Shown here: positions 37,483 through 45,779 of the stretch, piece by piece | Layout: the number at the start of each line of letters is the position of its first letter | How positions within the stretch are numbered: the first letter of the stretch is position 1 | Source: a virus | Lineage: Duplodnaviria > Caudoviricetes | DNA: 64,000 nt | Direction: 5' to 3' (one strand) | IMG/VR virus record: IMGVR_UViG_3300033066_000410 | Coordinates: 1 to 64,000 of that record | Notes under the pieces: generated by a model | What the model was told of the DNA's origin: nothing | The model's input: the letters and a program-made list of their open reading frames with translations, nothing else | Databases searched by the model: none | Made by a program: the position numbers and the translations under genes

Positions 37483-38388
37483 TTAGGCTGATAACAGAGT
37501 GAAGATGTTTTTTTCTTCAATCAAACCAAAGCCCCACATAGCATACCACGCTAAACCGTGCTTTCTACCATAGTCTTCTACCCCATTATCGCGCATTTCT
37601 GCCTCAAGTGCTACTGCCCATGCGAACGAATTTTCCCCAAAAATGGTCGCTTCCCATGTAGGTATGTTGATACCATACTTGGTTAACGATTCGCCTGCGG
37701 TGTTGGCCGGCATTTCGGTAGTTTCGATAAAACGAACGCCTTCATACATACCTACTTCACCTTTCCACATGTTTTCAGGCGATGTGTATTTGTGAACTTC
37801 AATCCAGTCGGTATCATCACGCAACTGGCGCAGTTGGTGGTTGTGCGCGATACACACGTAGTATTCGCCGTTAATTTTTGGGGCCAAGTTAGTTCCTAAC
37901 TGCTCAACAGCATCTTTAATTTGCTCAGTTGAGAATACATCACCAGTAACTAAGTCGCCGGCTGCGCTTTTACCGTTAGGGTATACTACGTTGGTAGTAG
38001 AAAGCGCGGTATCACGTATAGCCGAATCCAGCACCAATGCCATATCCACACCTAACAACTTGGCTTGTTCATCCAAAATGTTGTGCATTGATTGGCGCAG
38101 GGCTTTTTCAGATACAGAGGTGGCATTACCATACTCATCTACCGTTAAAGAAACCTCGGTGTCGCTCATTTGCTTTTCCGATAAAGGCACATTTTCACTC
38201 AATTTACCTCCGCGTGTTAGCGAGTTAAACTTGGTGAACCGGATGGTGCCACCGGGTTGTTGGGTTAAATCGTCGCGTCTTTTTGCGAACTGCGCGAAGC
38301 GTAAAAGGGGCTGTGCCGCGTAGATGATTTCTTTTGAGTAAACGTCACGAATTGACTTCGTTAGATTACCGGTGTAGGTAGTTGCCAT
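37483..38388 (-). CDS. major capsid protein (N4-gp56-like, HK97 fold)
   Basis: PGGTIRFTKF, EYGNA, YVCIAH, GEVGMYEGVRFIET, DYGRKHGLAWY. Confidence 0.9.
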   Translation of the reverse strand: MATTYTGNLTKSIRDVYSKEIIYAAQPLLRFAQFAKRRDDLTQQPGGTIRFTKFNSLTRGGKLSENVPLSEKQMSDTEVSLTVDEYGNATSVSEKALRQSMHNILDEQAKLLGVDMALVLDSAIRDTALSTTNVVYPNGKSAAGDLVTGDVFSTEQIKDAVEQLGTNLAPKINGEYYVCIAHNHQLRQLRDDTDWIEVHKYTSPENMWKGEVGMYEGVRFIETTEMPANTAGESLTKYGINIPTWEATIFGENSFAWAVALEAEMRDNGVEDYGRKHGLAWYAMWGFGLIEEKNIFTLLSA

Positions 38389-38438
38389 TTGTTATCTGTT
38401 GGTTTTTTGTTGTTATTTAAAAATATGGTGGAAATGAA

Positions 38439-39320
38439 CTATTCGCTGTCGTCGTCTTCCTCCGAGCCACCGCCTGCAAACAGTTCTTTTTTAATCTGCT
38501 CACGGTGCTTGGCATACTCCTTAGCGTCCATTTTGCTTACATCTTTAAGTAACGTTTTAGGGTCTTTTTGAGTATCACGCTCCGGCGCATCTGCACCAGC
38601 ATCATCTTTACCCCCTGTGCGGTTTTTATTTCGCTCTTTCAACTTTTCTATAGCAGCTTCTTCATCTGCTTTTCGTTGCTCGAGTTCCGCAAGCGTTACT
38701 TTTTCAATTTTACCGTCTTTTCCTTTTACTTCCTTGGTAATGTAAGGTTTAGAGGTTTCAAGCACCTTTACTAAGTTAGCATCCAACTCTGCTTTCGTAG
38801 AACCCTGCAATAAGTCAGGTATGATTAACCCCTTATTCTTCTCCAACAACTCAGCGCGGTAATCTTCCAATGCTTTCTTGGTAAGTTCGCCTTCAACTTT
38901 TTTCACTTCCCCCTTCAACTCATCTTTCAATGGTTTAAGCAACTCTTCCATTGCTTTTAACATTTCTTTCTTAGTCAACGGGGCATCTTCGTCGTCTTCA
39001 CCTTCATCATCAGCTTTCTTCTTTTTGCCTTTACCTTTCTTAGCTTCTTCAAGCGCAGCTTTGGTAGCAGCTATTTCACCGTCTTTTTTAGCTATATCGC
39101 CTTTTAACTTTTCGAGTTCTGCCTTCTCTGCCGCAGAAAGGGTTTCACCTTCTGCCACCTTGTTCTTCAACTCGTTAACCTTGGCTTCTAACTTTGCTTT
39201 TTCCGAGTATAACTTTTCTTTTTCTTCCGTTCTTACCTGTTGGATAAGTTCCAACAATTCGGGGTGGTCTTTTAACTCCACTTCCTTGTCTCCAATTTTT
39301 ACTTTACTTGGTAGTGCCAT
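38439..39320 (-). CDS. capsid scaffolding protein
   Basis: highly charged coiled coil upstream of the MCP; C-terminal MDAKEYAKHR. Confidence 0.8.
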   Translation of the reverse strand: MALPSKVKIGDKEVELKDHPELLELIQQVRTEEKEKLYSEKAKLEAKVNELKNKVAEGETLSAAEKAELEKLKGDIAKKDGEIAATKAALEEAKKGKGKKKKADDEGEDDEDAPLTKKEMLKAMEELLKPLKDELKGEVKKVEGELTKKALEDYRAELLEKNKGLIIPDLLQGSTKAELDANLVKVLETSKPYITKEVKGKDGKIEKVTLAELEQRKADEEAAIEKLKERNKNRTGGKDDAGADAPERDTQKDPKTLLKDVSKMDAKEYAKHREQIKKELFAGGGSEEDDDSE

Positions 39321-39391
39321 GACTGTTTATGTATTTAATGAATAAACTCTTCTACGACTTATTAAACGCTCAAAGAACGAAAAACAAATAA

Positions 39392-39562
39392 TTACGGTTT
39401 CATACTATCCGGCTTTCCATACTGCAACTTGCGCAGGAACTTGGTGCCTTCTACATTGGTTGCTTTTTTAAGCATTTCCGACTTTTGGCCCAAGCTAGCG
39501 ATAGGTTGGTCATTGTGGAACTTGTCTTTCTGCCCCGCAGGGTATTTCGGTGTGTTAGCCAT
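39392..39562 (-). CDS. small basic protein missed by the ORF track (56 aa)
   Basis: manual translation MANTPKYPAGQKDKFHNDQ...DSMKP*; downstream of the promoter at 39598. Confidence 0.55.
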   Translation of the reverse strand: MANTPKYPAGQKDKFHNDQPIASLGQKSEMLKKATNVEGTKFLRKLQYGKPDSMKP

Positions 39563-39597
39563 GATTTTTTTATTTAAGTTTTTAAACTAATGTAAGT

Positions 39598-39630
39598 CAA
39601 AGATAAATTTCTTTTTTCCAAACCTCCAAA
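39598..39630 (-). promoter_or_regulatory. promoter TTTG-N21-TATCTTTG for the scaffold/capsid genes
   Basis: both Bacteroidota elements present. Confidence 0.6.
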
Positions 39631-39647
39631 TAGTTATATAATTATTT

Positions 39648-41156
39648 TTACTGAGCAGGAGGTTTAGTAGTATCGGCAGAGACAGCATACTCAGCATTTG
39701 CCTTAGCCATACCTGTAGCGATACCATTAGATTCCTCAACTTTCATATCCACTTTATCTTTAGCGTCCTTAGTGGCTTCTTCCAGTATTTTAGGTATATT
39801 TTTCTTTCCTAAGCGTTCCATAACCTCCCGTTTACTTGCTATACCGTTGCGTAACTCTATATCCATTTGGTTAAGCTCCAGTAAACGGTCACTTGGTAAG
39901 CCATAGTTAAATACAGGAGTAGCTATATAACGAGAGTAGAACTCTTTTTCGTCGTCCGCAATTTTTTTAGCAATCGGTTTAAGTAATGGGTGGTCTACAA
40001 AAAACATTACAAACATCTTCATCATCATTGTGTTGATGCGTTCTATTCCGTCTCCGTAAGTAAGAACCTTTCTATCAGCAGCTTCTATAATCGGGTGGTA
40101 AAGAATTTGCAAAGCCGCCGCGCTAGTATTTGATACGTGCTGCATTTTACCTAGAACCGCATCGGGAACACCGGTCATGTCGTGCATGGCGTTCTTCAAC
40201 GTAAGAAGAAAATTTAAACTAGCCGAAAGGTCGGTATTAAGGTTAAGATTAAACACCTCTGCATTCTCAGGAAGACCGCTCCATATTTGGTTAATGCCTC
40301 TTTTTAACTGGCCCACGGTGGCTCCGGTGATAACCGTAGTTGGTTGTGCGTAATAATCAATAATCATTTTAACGTCTTCTGCCATTTCGTTATAAATCTT
40401 ATTGATTTTAACTATATCGCAGATGTCGCTAACTCCCCCGTAGTTATCCGACATAGTTTGATTTTCTATGTGAACTATAGGGATAAAACCAAGTGTGTTT
40501 GCTTTCTCTTCTACTTCAAACTTTGCCGCCTCTTCGCCGGTATCTTTTCGGAAATAAGTTTTAGTAAGATTTACCGTATACTCTACAACCTTTTGAACAT
40601 ACTCTTTGTCATTGTAGAATAGGGGAGTTACAACCTTATAACCAATGACCTTAGAGTAGTCACCTTTTTCAAACATAGGAAGGACATTCCTAGTATCTAG
40701 CAGGTCAACTTTTATATACTGTTCTTGAATATTTGGAGAAAGAAATACATAGCAATCACCACAAACTCCACCCATCTGTAGAATGTTGTTGAATAATAAG
40801 CCTTTTTTATTCTTACGCCAGTTGTATTCAATAAGTGCCTCATATTTTGTTTCAAACTCTTCATCAACAACTTCTCCATAGTCGTCAACAATGTTAATTC
40901 TAAACCCCTCTTTTCCGGCGATAAAAGAGTTAACCTTATCAACTATGGCTCTACAATAGTTGAAACTAAGCAGCTTGTCATTGTTCTTAGCCCAATGCCT
41001 GTTTTTGTAGAACTGCCAATATAACTGATATTGAATCAGTTTTTCTTCCATGAACGGGTTATCAGAGATAAACCTAGTTCTTATCATATCTCGTAGAATG
41101 TTTGTCCCACGAGTATTTTGATACTGGTAATTTCCTACGCTATTGCTTCCAAACAT
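39648..41156 (-). CDS. portal protein (SPP1 gp6-like)
   Basis: follows terL; FNYCRAIVD, GFIPIVHIEN, SDICD. Confidence 0.88.
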   Translation of the reverse strand: MFGSNSVGNYQYQNTRGTNILRDMIRTRFISDNPFMEEKLIQYQLYWQFYKNRHWAKNNDKLLSFNYCRAIVDKVNSFIAGKEGFRINIVDDYGEVVDEEFETKYEALIEYNWRKNKKGLLFNNILQMGGVCGDCYVFLSPNIQEQYIKVDLLDTRNVLPMFEKGDYSKVIGYKVVTPLFYNDKEYVQKVVEYTVNLTKTYFRKDTGEEAAKFEVEEKANTLGFIPIVHIENQTMSDNYGGVSDICDIVKINKIYNEMAEDVKMIIDYYAQPTTVITGATVGQLKRGINQIWSGLPENAEVFNLNLNTDLSASLNFLLTLKNAMHDMTGVPDAVLGKMQHVSNTSAAALQILYHPIIEAADRKVLTYGDGIERINTMMMKMFVMFFVDHPLLKPIAKKIADDEKEFYSRYIATPVFNYGLPSDRLLELNQMDIELRNGIASKREVMERLGKKNIPKILEEATKDAKDKVDMKVEESNGIATGMAKANAEYAVSADTTKPPAQ

Positions 41157-41171
41157 TTTTTTATTTGATTT

Positions 41172-42872
41172 TTACCACCTTGAATCACGAACACTATCTC
41201 CCTTCCTTCCGTTATCAAAAATAAAATTTTCATCGGATATTTCTACAGGCTGTTGTGGCGTGTAGAAGTAGTTACCTGCTAAGTTCATTAACCCAAGCGA
41301 ATCACAATAGTCGTCTTTCTTGCCGGAAATCTTCGCACAAATCATATAACCACCCTTCCAACTCTTAGTTAAGTTGGTCATTTGGTCGTTGAAATTTTGG
41401 AACTCAGGTAGCTTCTGCATCGTAGGGTGCGCAGGAACTATAATTCTGTTAGCCATAGTGTCCTCATCTAACCTTTTCCACATATCAGATTTGCTCTGAG
41501 GGGTAAACATGTAAGGAACTATAACCATTTTATTTGCGAAGTGGTAGACTAGCCGGTCAACAAAAACCCTACCTACGCCAGTGTAATCGGCAAAAAGAAC
41601 CTTGGTATCTAGCTCCCTTAGCCGTTCGGAGATTATTTCAAACTGCTGATCGTAGTCTAGGTTAGCTAACTCAGTCCAACCGCAAATGGTTTTCTTGGGC
41701 CTTTCATCAATGTCCGCAACCGGAGCATCTAGTATAGCCTGAGTTAAAACCGTAGAAGCTCTAGCGGAGGCAATATCCAAGCCGGCTACAACAAAATCAC
41801 CCTGTTTTTTATTGTAGGAAGGGAACGTAATTCTCTTATTCCACATGCGTTCCTCAATAGCCTGCTCCGTAATAAACATACCTACATCAAGCAACCACTC
41901 AAGAGCATAAGACATTCGGAAAGACTCAGAGTGTTTGCCCATGCTCTCCATATCACGATAAACCGATTTTTCGTATAGCAGGTGGTATTCTAACCCATCT
42001 TTTTTGAATTGGTCTCTGCGCATCTTAACGATAGTTTCCCAGTTGTATTCAAAGTGCCTTTGTTTTGTTTTAAGTTCACTCTTTTTCAACTTCTCGTCGT
42101 GAATCTTAGCCTTTTTAATGGTCTCATAAAAGTCACCTTTGTTACGGTTAGGTGTTCCTAGTCGAACGCATGTTCCGAAACTCGAGGCAAGCATCGGCAT
42201 GATACTTTTACGAACTTTCTCAGTCTCCATATCCTGAGATTCATCAATGAAAACTATGTGGTAAGTCTTCGATTCTATCTTAGACTGTTTTGCTCCCGAT
42301 TGCGCCTTTAGGCTAGAGCCTGATTTTAGCTTGAAGTGGGCAACCGATAAAGGGTAATCGGCAATGTCAGGGTCAGTTAGAAACTGCTTAGTGTTATCAC
42401 TCCAAATTCTTTCTAGGCATCTACCATAAAGAGTTTCCACCTGGTCTAGCTGTGGCGCAAAGGCTCCCATCTTACAGCCGTTAGCAAAGTGGGCTAGCTC
42501 TTTAAAAGCCTTGGCTAATACTGGCAAGAAAACAGCTAATACCGTAACAACAAAAGATATAACCTCAGTTTTACCACTTTGGCGGGAAAACAGCATGGTT
42601 ATCTCCGCACCATCTCGGGCTAAAACGGAGTAGATTATCCGGTAGGCAGGGGCAAGTTGATACTCATAAAGATGAACTCCTAGCATTCGGGTTCCTAGCA
42701 CGATAAGAACTCCGGCAAGTTTAGCAGGGTCATACCCCACTTCCTGCTCGATTTTCTTGGCCTCCTCTTCGACATCTATTTTTTCCGTAGGTATTGATTC
42801 TGATACTACGTTAGTATCATCTCTTAAAAACTTTTTTTGTGCCTCGTCTTGGTTTTCTTCTTCTTCAAACAT
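41172..42872 (-). CDS. terL: terminase large subunit
   Basis: FSRQSGKT, FIDESQ, GTPN, AGLDIA, DDYCDSL. Confidence 0.92.
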   Translation of the reverse strand: MFEEEENQDEAQKKFLRDDTNVVSESIPTEKIDVEEEAKKIEQEVGYDPAKLAGVLIVLGTRMLGVHLYEYQLAPAYRIIYSVLARDGAEITMLFSRQSGKTEVISFVVTVLAVFLPVLAKAFKELAHFANGCKMGAFAPQLDQVETLYGRCLERIWSDNTKQFLTDPDIADYPLSVAHFKLKSGSSLKAQSGAKQSKIESKTYHIVFIDESQDMETEKVRKSIMPMLASSFGTCVRLGTPNRNKGDFYETIKKAKIHDEKLKKSELKTKQRHFEYNWETIVKMRRDQFKKDGLEYHLLYEKSVYRDMESMGKHSESFRMSYALEWLLDVGMFITEQAIEERMWNKRITFPSYNKKQGDFVVAGLDIASARASTVLTQAILDAPVADIDERPKKTICGWTELANLDYDQQFEIISERLRELDTKVLFADYTGVGRVFVDRLVYHFANKMVIVPYMFTPQSKSDMWKRLDEDTMANRIIVPAHPTMQKLPEFQNFNDQMTNLTKSWKGGYMICAKISGKKDDYCDSLGLMNLAGNYFYTPQQPVEISDENFIFDNGRKGDSVRDSRW

Positions 42873-42883
42873 GAGTTTTAAGT

Positions 42884-43630
42884 TTATTTGTATGTAATAG
42901 TTTTCCTGCGATGAATACTCTTTAAGCAGGCTGTAGAGTTAGGTGTTATAGGAATATTAACTGTTCCATTAGCCGGTATTTCATAAGGCCACGAAAAGTT
43001 ATCCAAAAGCTCGATTTCAAACCTTAGTTTTTGGTTTGTCATGTTACGCACCGTATAGTAGTGCGCTCTAACTAAATCGCCGAAGTAAACAACATAAGAA
43101 CTGCTTTCTCTTTGTGGGTAGTTGGCATCCATGATGCCCTTAGATACAATCTCTCCGGTGTTTGGGTTTGTGCAGGTGAACATAGGGAACCTGTTGCCAA
43201 AAATAGTTTCAAACTGAATTTTTATTTCTATTATGATTATATCAGTTATACCTATACTCAAAGAAACATTATCGGTGAATTGGTTAATCATTCCATAGTC
43301 GTCAAGACCTATCAGTATCTCCGCATCCGTATTATTAAAGCCAACAGGCGTAGCTACTCCATCCACTATCTCAAATAAGAACATTTTAACTACACCATCT
43401 ATCTTACCTACTATTAAAAATCCATACAAGTCCCCCTTTGGCCCATAGAGTTCTTGCAAGAAAACAAAGGTATTTTTAACTGTAGTATTCTGCTTTATCG
43501 GGTAGAAAAGCTCGTTGTAAAAAACGTTGTTTTCCGCGTTTTTAGTCTTGGAGTTGAGCCACTCAGTAAACTTGATGTGGGCTACTTTACCCTCGGGGAC
43601 TATGATTATTGGGGGAACGGGTAGAGACAT
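42884..43630 (-). CDS. hypothetical protein
   Basis: 248-aa beta-rich ORF preceding terL. Confidence 0.65.
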   Translation of the reverse strand: MSLPVPPIIIVPEGKVAHIKFTEWLNSKTKNAENNVFYNELFYPIKQNTTVKNTFVFLQELYGPKGDLYGFLIVGKIDGVVKMFLFEIVDGVATPVGFNNTDAEILIGLDDYGMINQFTDNVSLSIGITDIIIIEIKIQFETIFGNRFPMFTCTNPNTGEIVSKGIMDANYPQRESSSYVVYFGDLVRAHYYTVRNMTNQKLRFEIELLDNFSWPYEIPANGTVNIPITPNSTACLKSIHRRKTITYK

Positions 43631-43674
43631 TGTTTTGTATTAGGTTTAAGCGAAAATACAGAATGTAAGACAAT

Positions 43675-43702
43675 AAAAAAGGGTTCCTTTTACAGAACCC
43701 TT
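43675..43702 (-). terminator. rho-independent terminator
   Basis: AAGGGTTC/GAACCCTT stem with T run on the minus strand. Confidence 0.7.
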
Positions 43703-43728
43703 CTTTTTACTCGGTTTAACTGGTGCTT

Positions 43729-44082
43729 TTAGTTCCCTGCTTTCTTGTCCTCTTTGTGCGCCTTGCTTATTTGTATGGCACCTTTAATCAGGCCGATTAA
43801 GCCTCCATTACCTCCTGATAGCAATGCGCGTCCGGCAGATACCGTAGCATCATCTACCTGGGTCTTTGTAAGGCTTGTTACAACCTCAGCAATATCGAAA
43901 ATAGCGGCTATAAGCTCCTGCTCATCTACGTTATCTTCAAGGTTAATGCCGTTAATAGCTTCCTGCACCTTAGCGATAATTAAATTATCCTGTCCGGTTT
44001 TAGTTTGCTGCGCGGCGAACGTTAAAACAATTCCTAAGCCTTTGGCTAACTTGTCTTGGTTCTCTTCGGTAAACTGGTTCAT
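43729..44082 (-). CDS. hypothetical protein in the lysis cluster (start revised to MNQFT)
   Basis: ATG after an A-rich leader; amphipathic helices. Confidence 0.6.
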   Translation of the reverse strand: MNQFTEENQDKLAKGLGIVLTFAAQQTKTGQDNLIIAKVQEAINGINLEDNVDEQELIAAIFDIAEVVTSLTKTQVDDATVSAGRALLSGGNGGLIGLIKGAIQISKAHKEDKKAGN

Positions 44083-44120
44083 CTTTTTTAATTTTTGTGT
44101 TAACAATGTGGGCAAAATTA

Positions 44121-44414
44121 TTACTTTTTATTTATCCTGTCTAGTTCTTTTTGGAGCATGTTCTTTAACGCATCTTTCTCTTCCTGAGTTAGTCCTCCGC
44201 CTACAAAGTTTACATACTCAGTAATAGAAACCTCTCTGTGGTGGCGCATGTATCTAAATGCCCTACGGTGAATGGTCATTTTAGTTTTAAAATACAGTAG
44301 GGGGTAGTGTAGTTTAAGCCTTTGCAACCTTTCTTCATCCGATGGAAGAGCCTTAGTTATTGTGGTGGATAAAGCGGTTCCAAACGCTAAAACGGCTTCT
44401 GCTATAGGTATCAT
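44121..44414 (-). CDS. hypothetical protein with N-terminal hydrophobic helix
   Basis: MIPIAEAVLAFGTAL...; coupled to the lysin gene. Confidence 0.6.
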   Translation of the reverse strand: MIPIAEAVLAFGTALSTTITKALPSDEERLQRLKLHYPLLYFKTKMTIHRRAFRYMRHHREVSITEYVNFVGGGLTQEEKDALKNMLQKELDRINKK

Positions 44415-44860
44415 ACTGGTTGGTCTGCTTTTACGTATTCAATCCAAACTTCTTCCTCGCGGGTAAGGGCTGCAAAAATTATCGCATCCAAAGCTATACG
44501 GGCATCTTTAGAGTTTTGCAGCGTATCTTTGAATTGCTTATTGCCTACAAGAAGGCAACCCAAAGAATCATCGGCGGTTACTCCTGAGTGTATAAAAATA
44601 CCCGAATAGCCTTTAACGTCGTTAACCTGTGGAACGAACCTTTTGTGCTTGGCCCACCACGTTTTAGTAACTCTATATCTTCCATAAGGTATGCAGGTCT
44701 TACCGTAAACCTTTATTTTCTTTATCTCAGATAGAGACATAGAGCTTGTAAGCCCTCTGTCCTCATCCTCTAAAGTGAAGGCTTGAAACTTACCATTAAC
44801 AAAAAGGCTTCCTAGTGTGGAAGCTCCTTTTTTCGGTATTCTAACTACTTTTAATTCCAT
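44411..44860 (-). CDS. DUF5675-like putative endolysin (L,D-transpeptidase-type fold)
   Basis: STLGSL...FTLED...TCIPYGRY...IFIHSG...SLGCLLVG. Confidence 0.8.
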   Translation of the reverse strand: MELKVVRIPKKGASTLGSLFVNGKFQAFTLEDEDRGLTSSMSLSEIKKIKVYGKTCIPYGRYRVTKTWWAKHKRFVPQVNDVKGYSGIFIHSGVTADDSLGCLLVGNKQFKDTLQNSKDARIALDAIIFAALTREEEVWIEYVKADQPV

Positions 44861-44862
44861 AC

Positions 44863-45258
44863 TTAGTGATTTTTAACCGGTTCTTTCTTCTGAAATGCGC
44901 TTTTCATTTTTTCCATAAAGTTTGTGACTTGTGCCTGCTTTGGTTTTTTCTCTTTAAAATTTTCCTCTAAAACGTGCTCTAGCACCGGTGCATAATAGCA
45001 TACGAAAAGAGAGATTGACGCTATCATGGCGTTAAGTATCACCTCAGATACTCCGCTTTCCCTTTTATCTAGCATGTCGAAAAAACACACAATGAGGGCT
45101 ACACCAATCATTCCACGGAAAACAGATACAGCACTCTCAGGGTATATCTTGTTAAGCAGCTTGGACTCGGGAATCACAATTTGCAAAATGTAGATAAGCG
45201 ATATGATTAACGCTATGTGCGCTAATACGTCAAACAGTTGGCTTACTTCCAGTGGCAT
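44863..45258 (-). CDS. multi-pass membrane protein (holin/antiholin candidate)
   Basis: three hydrophobic segments and a basic C-terminal tail. Confidence 0.55.
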   Translation of the reverse strand: MPLEVSQLFDVLAHIALIISLIYILQIVIPESKLLNKIYPESAVSVFRGMIGVALIVCFFDMLDKRESGVSEVILNAMIASISLFVCYYAPVLEHVLEENFKEKKPKQAQVTNFMEKMKSAFQKKEPVKNH

Positions 45259-45631
45259 CGTTATTATTTTTAGTTTCTACGGAATCTTCCTGTTTCATAA
45301 AGTAGCGTAAAGACACCAAATTCTTTATGGCTACTATAGGTGCTTTCGCAAAATCCTCACCAAATCTAATAAATCCAACCACTAGATACATTCCAAGTAT
45401 TCCTACGAAAAATGCGAGACAATTCTCCGCAGTTCGGGAAAGGGAAAAATGTTCACTTATAGCAGGTGTGGCATATCCTGCTACTAACACCCCACACACT
45501 ACAGTAACTATTGACTGAAAAAATGTTAATTGTTTGTTGGCTACTAGGGAGGCTATCGAGCCGGCAAATCCTGCAACAAGAGAACCTACTTTTATCCCCG
45601 TCATCTGTAGTGCATCTTCTACTGAAATCAT
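45230..45631 (-). CDS. putative holin
   Basis: GSLVAGFAGSIASLV...; three predicted TM helices and a charged C-terminus; upstream of the lysin. Confidence 0.7.
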   Translation of the reverse strand: MISVEDALQMTGIKVGSLVAGFAGSIASLVANKQLTFFQSIVTVVCGVLVAGYATPAISEHFSLSRTAENCLAFFVGILGMYLVVGFIRFGEDFAKAPIVAIKNLVSLRYFMKQEDSVETKNNNDATGSKPTV

Positions 45632-45721
45632 TGTCTTGGTGTTTTTTAGGTATTACAATAATACATAAGAATTTTATTCAGATACAATTTAAGTTGTTAA
45701 GACTGATTTTCGTCATTGTGC

Positions 45722-45756
45722 AAAAAGAAAGCCCGAACAGAACGAACGGGCTTTCT
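45722..45756 (-). terminator. rho-independent terminator
   Basis: AGAAAGCCCG/CGGGCTTTCT stem. Confidence 0.7.
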
Positions 45757-45779
45757 GACACACTAACAAGGAAAGAAGA

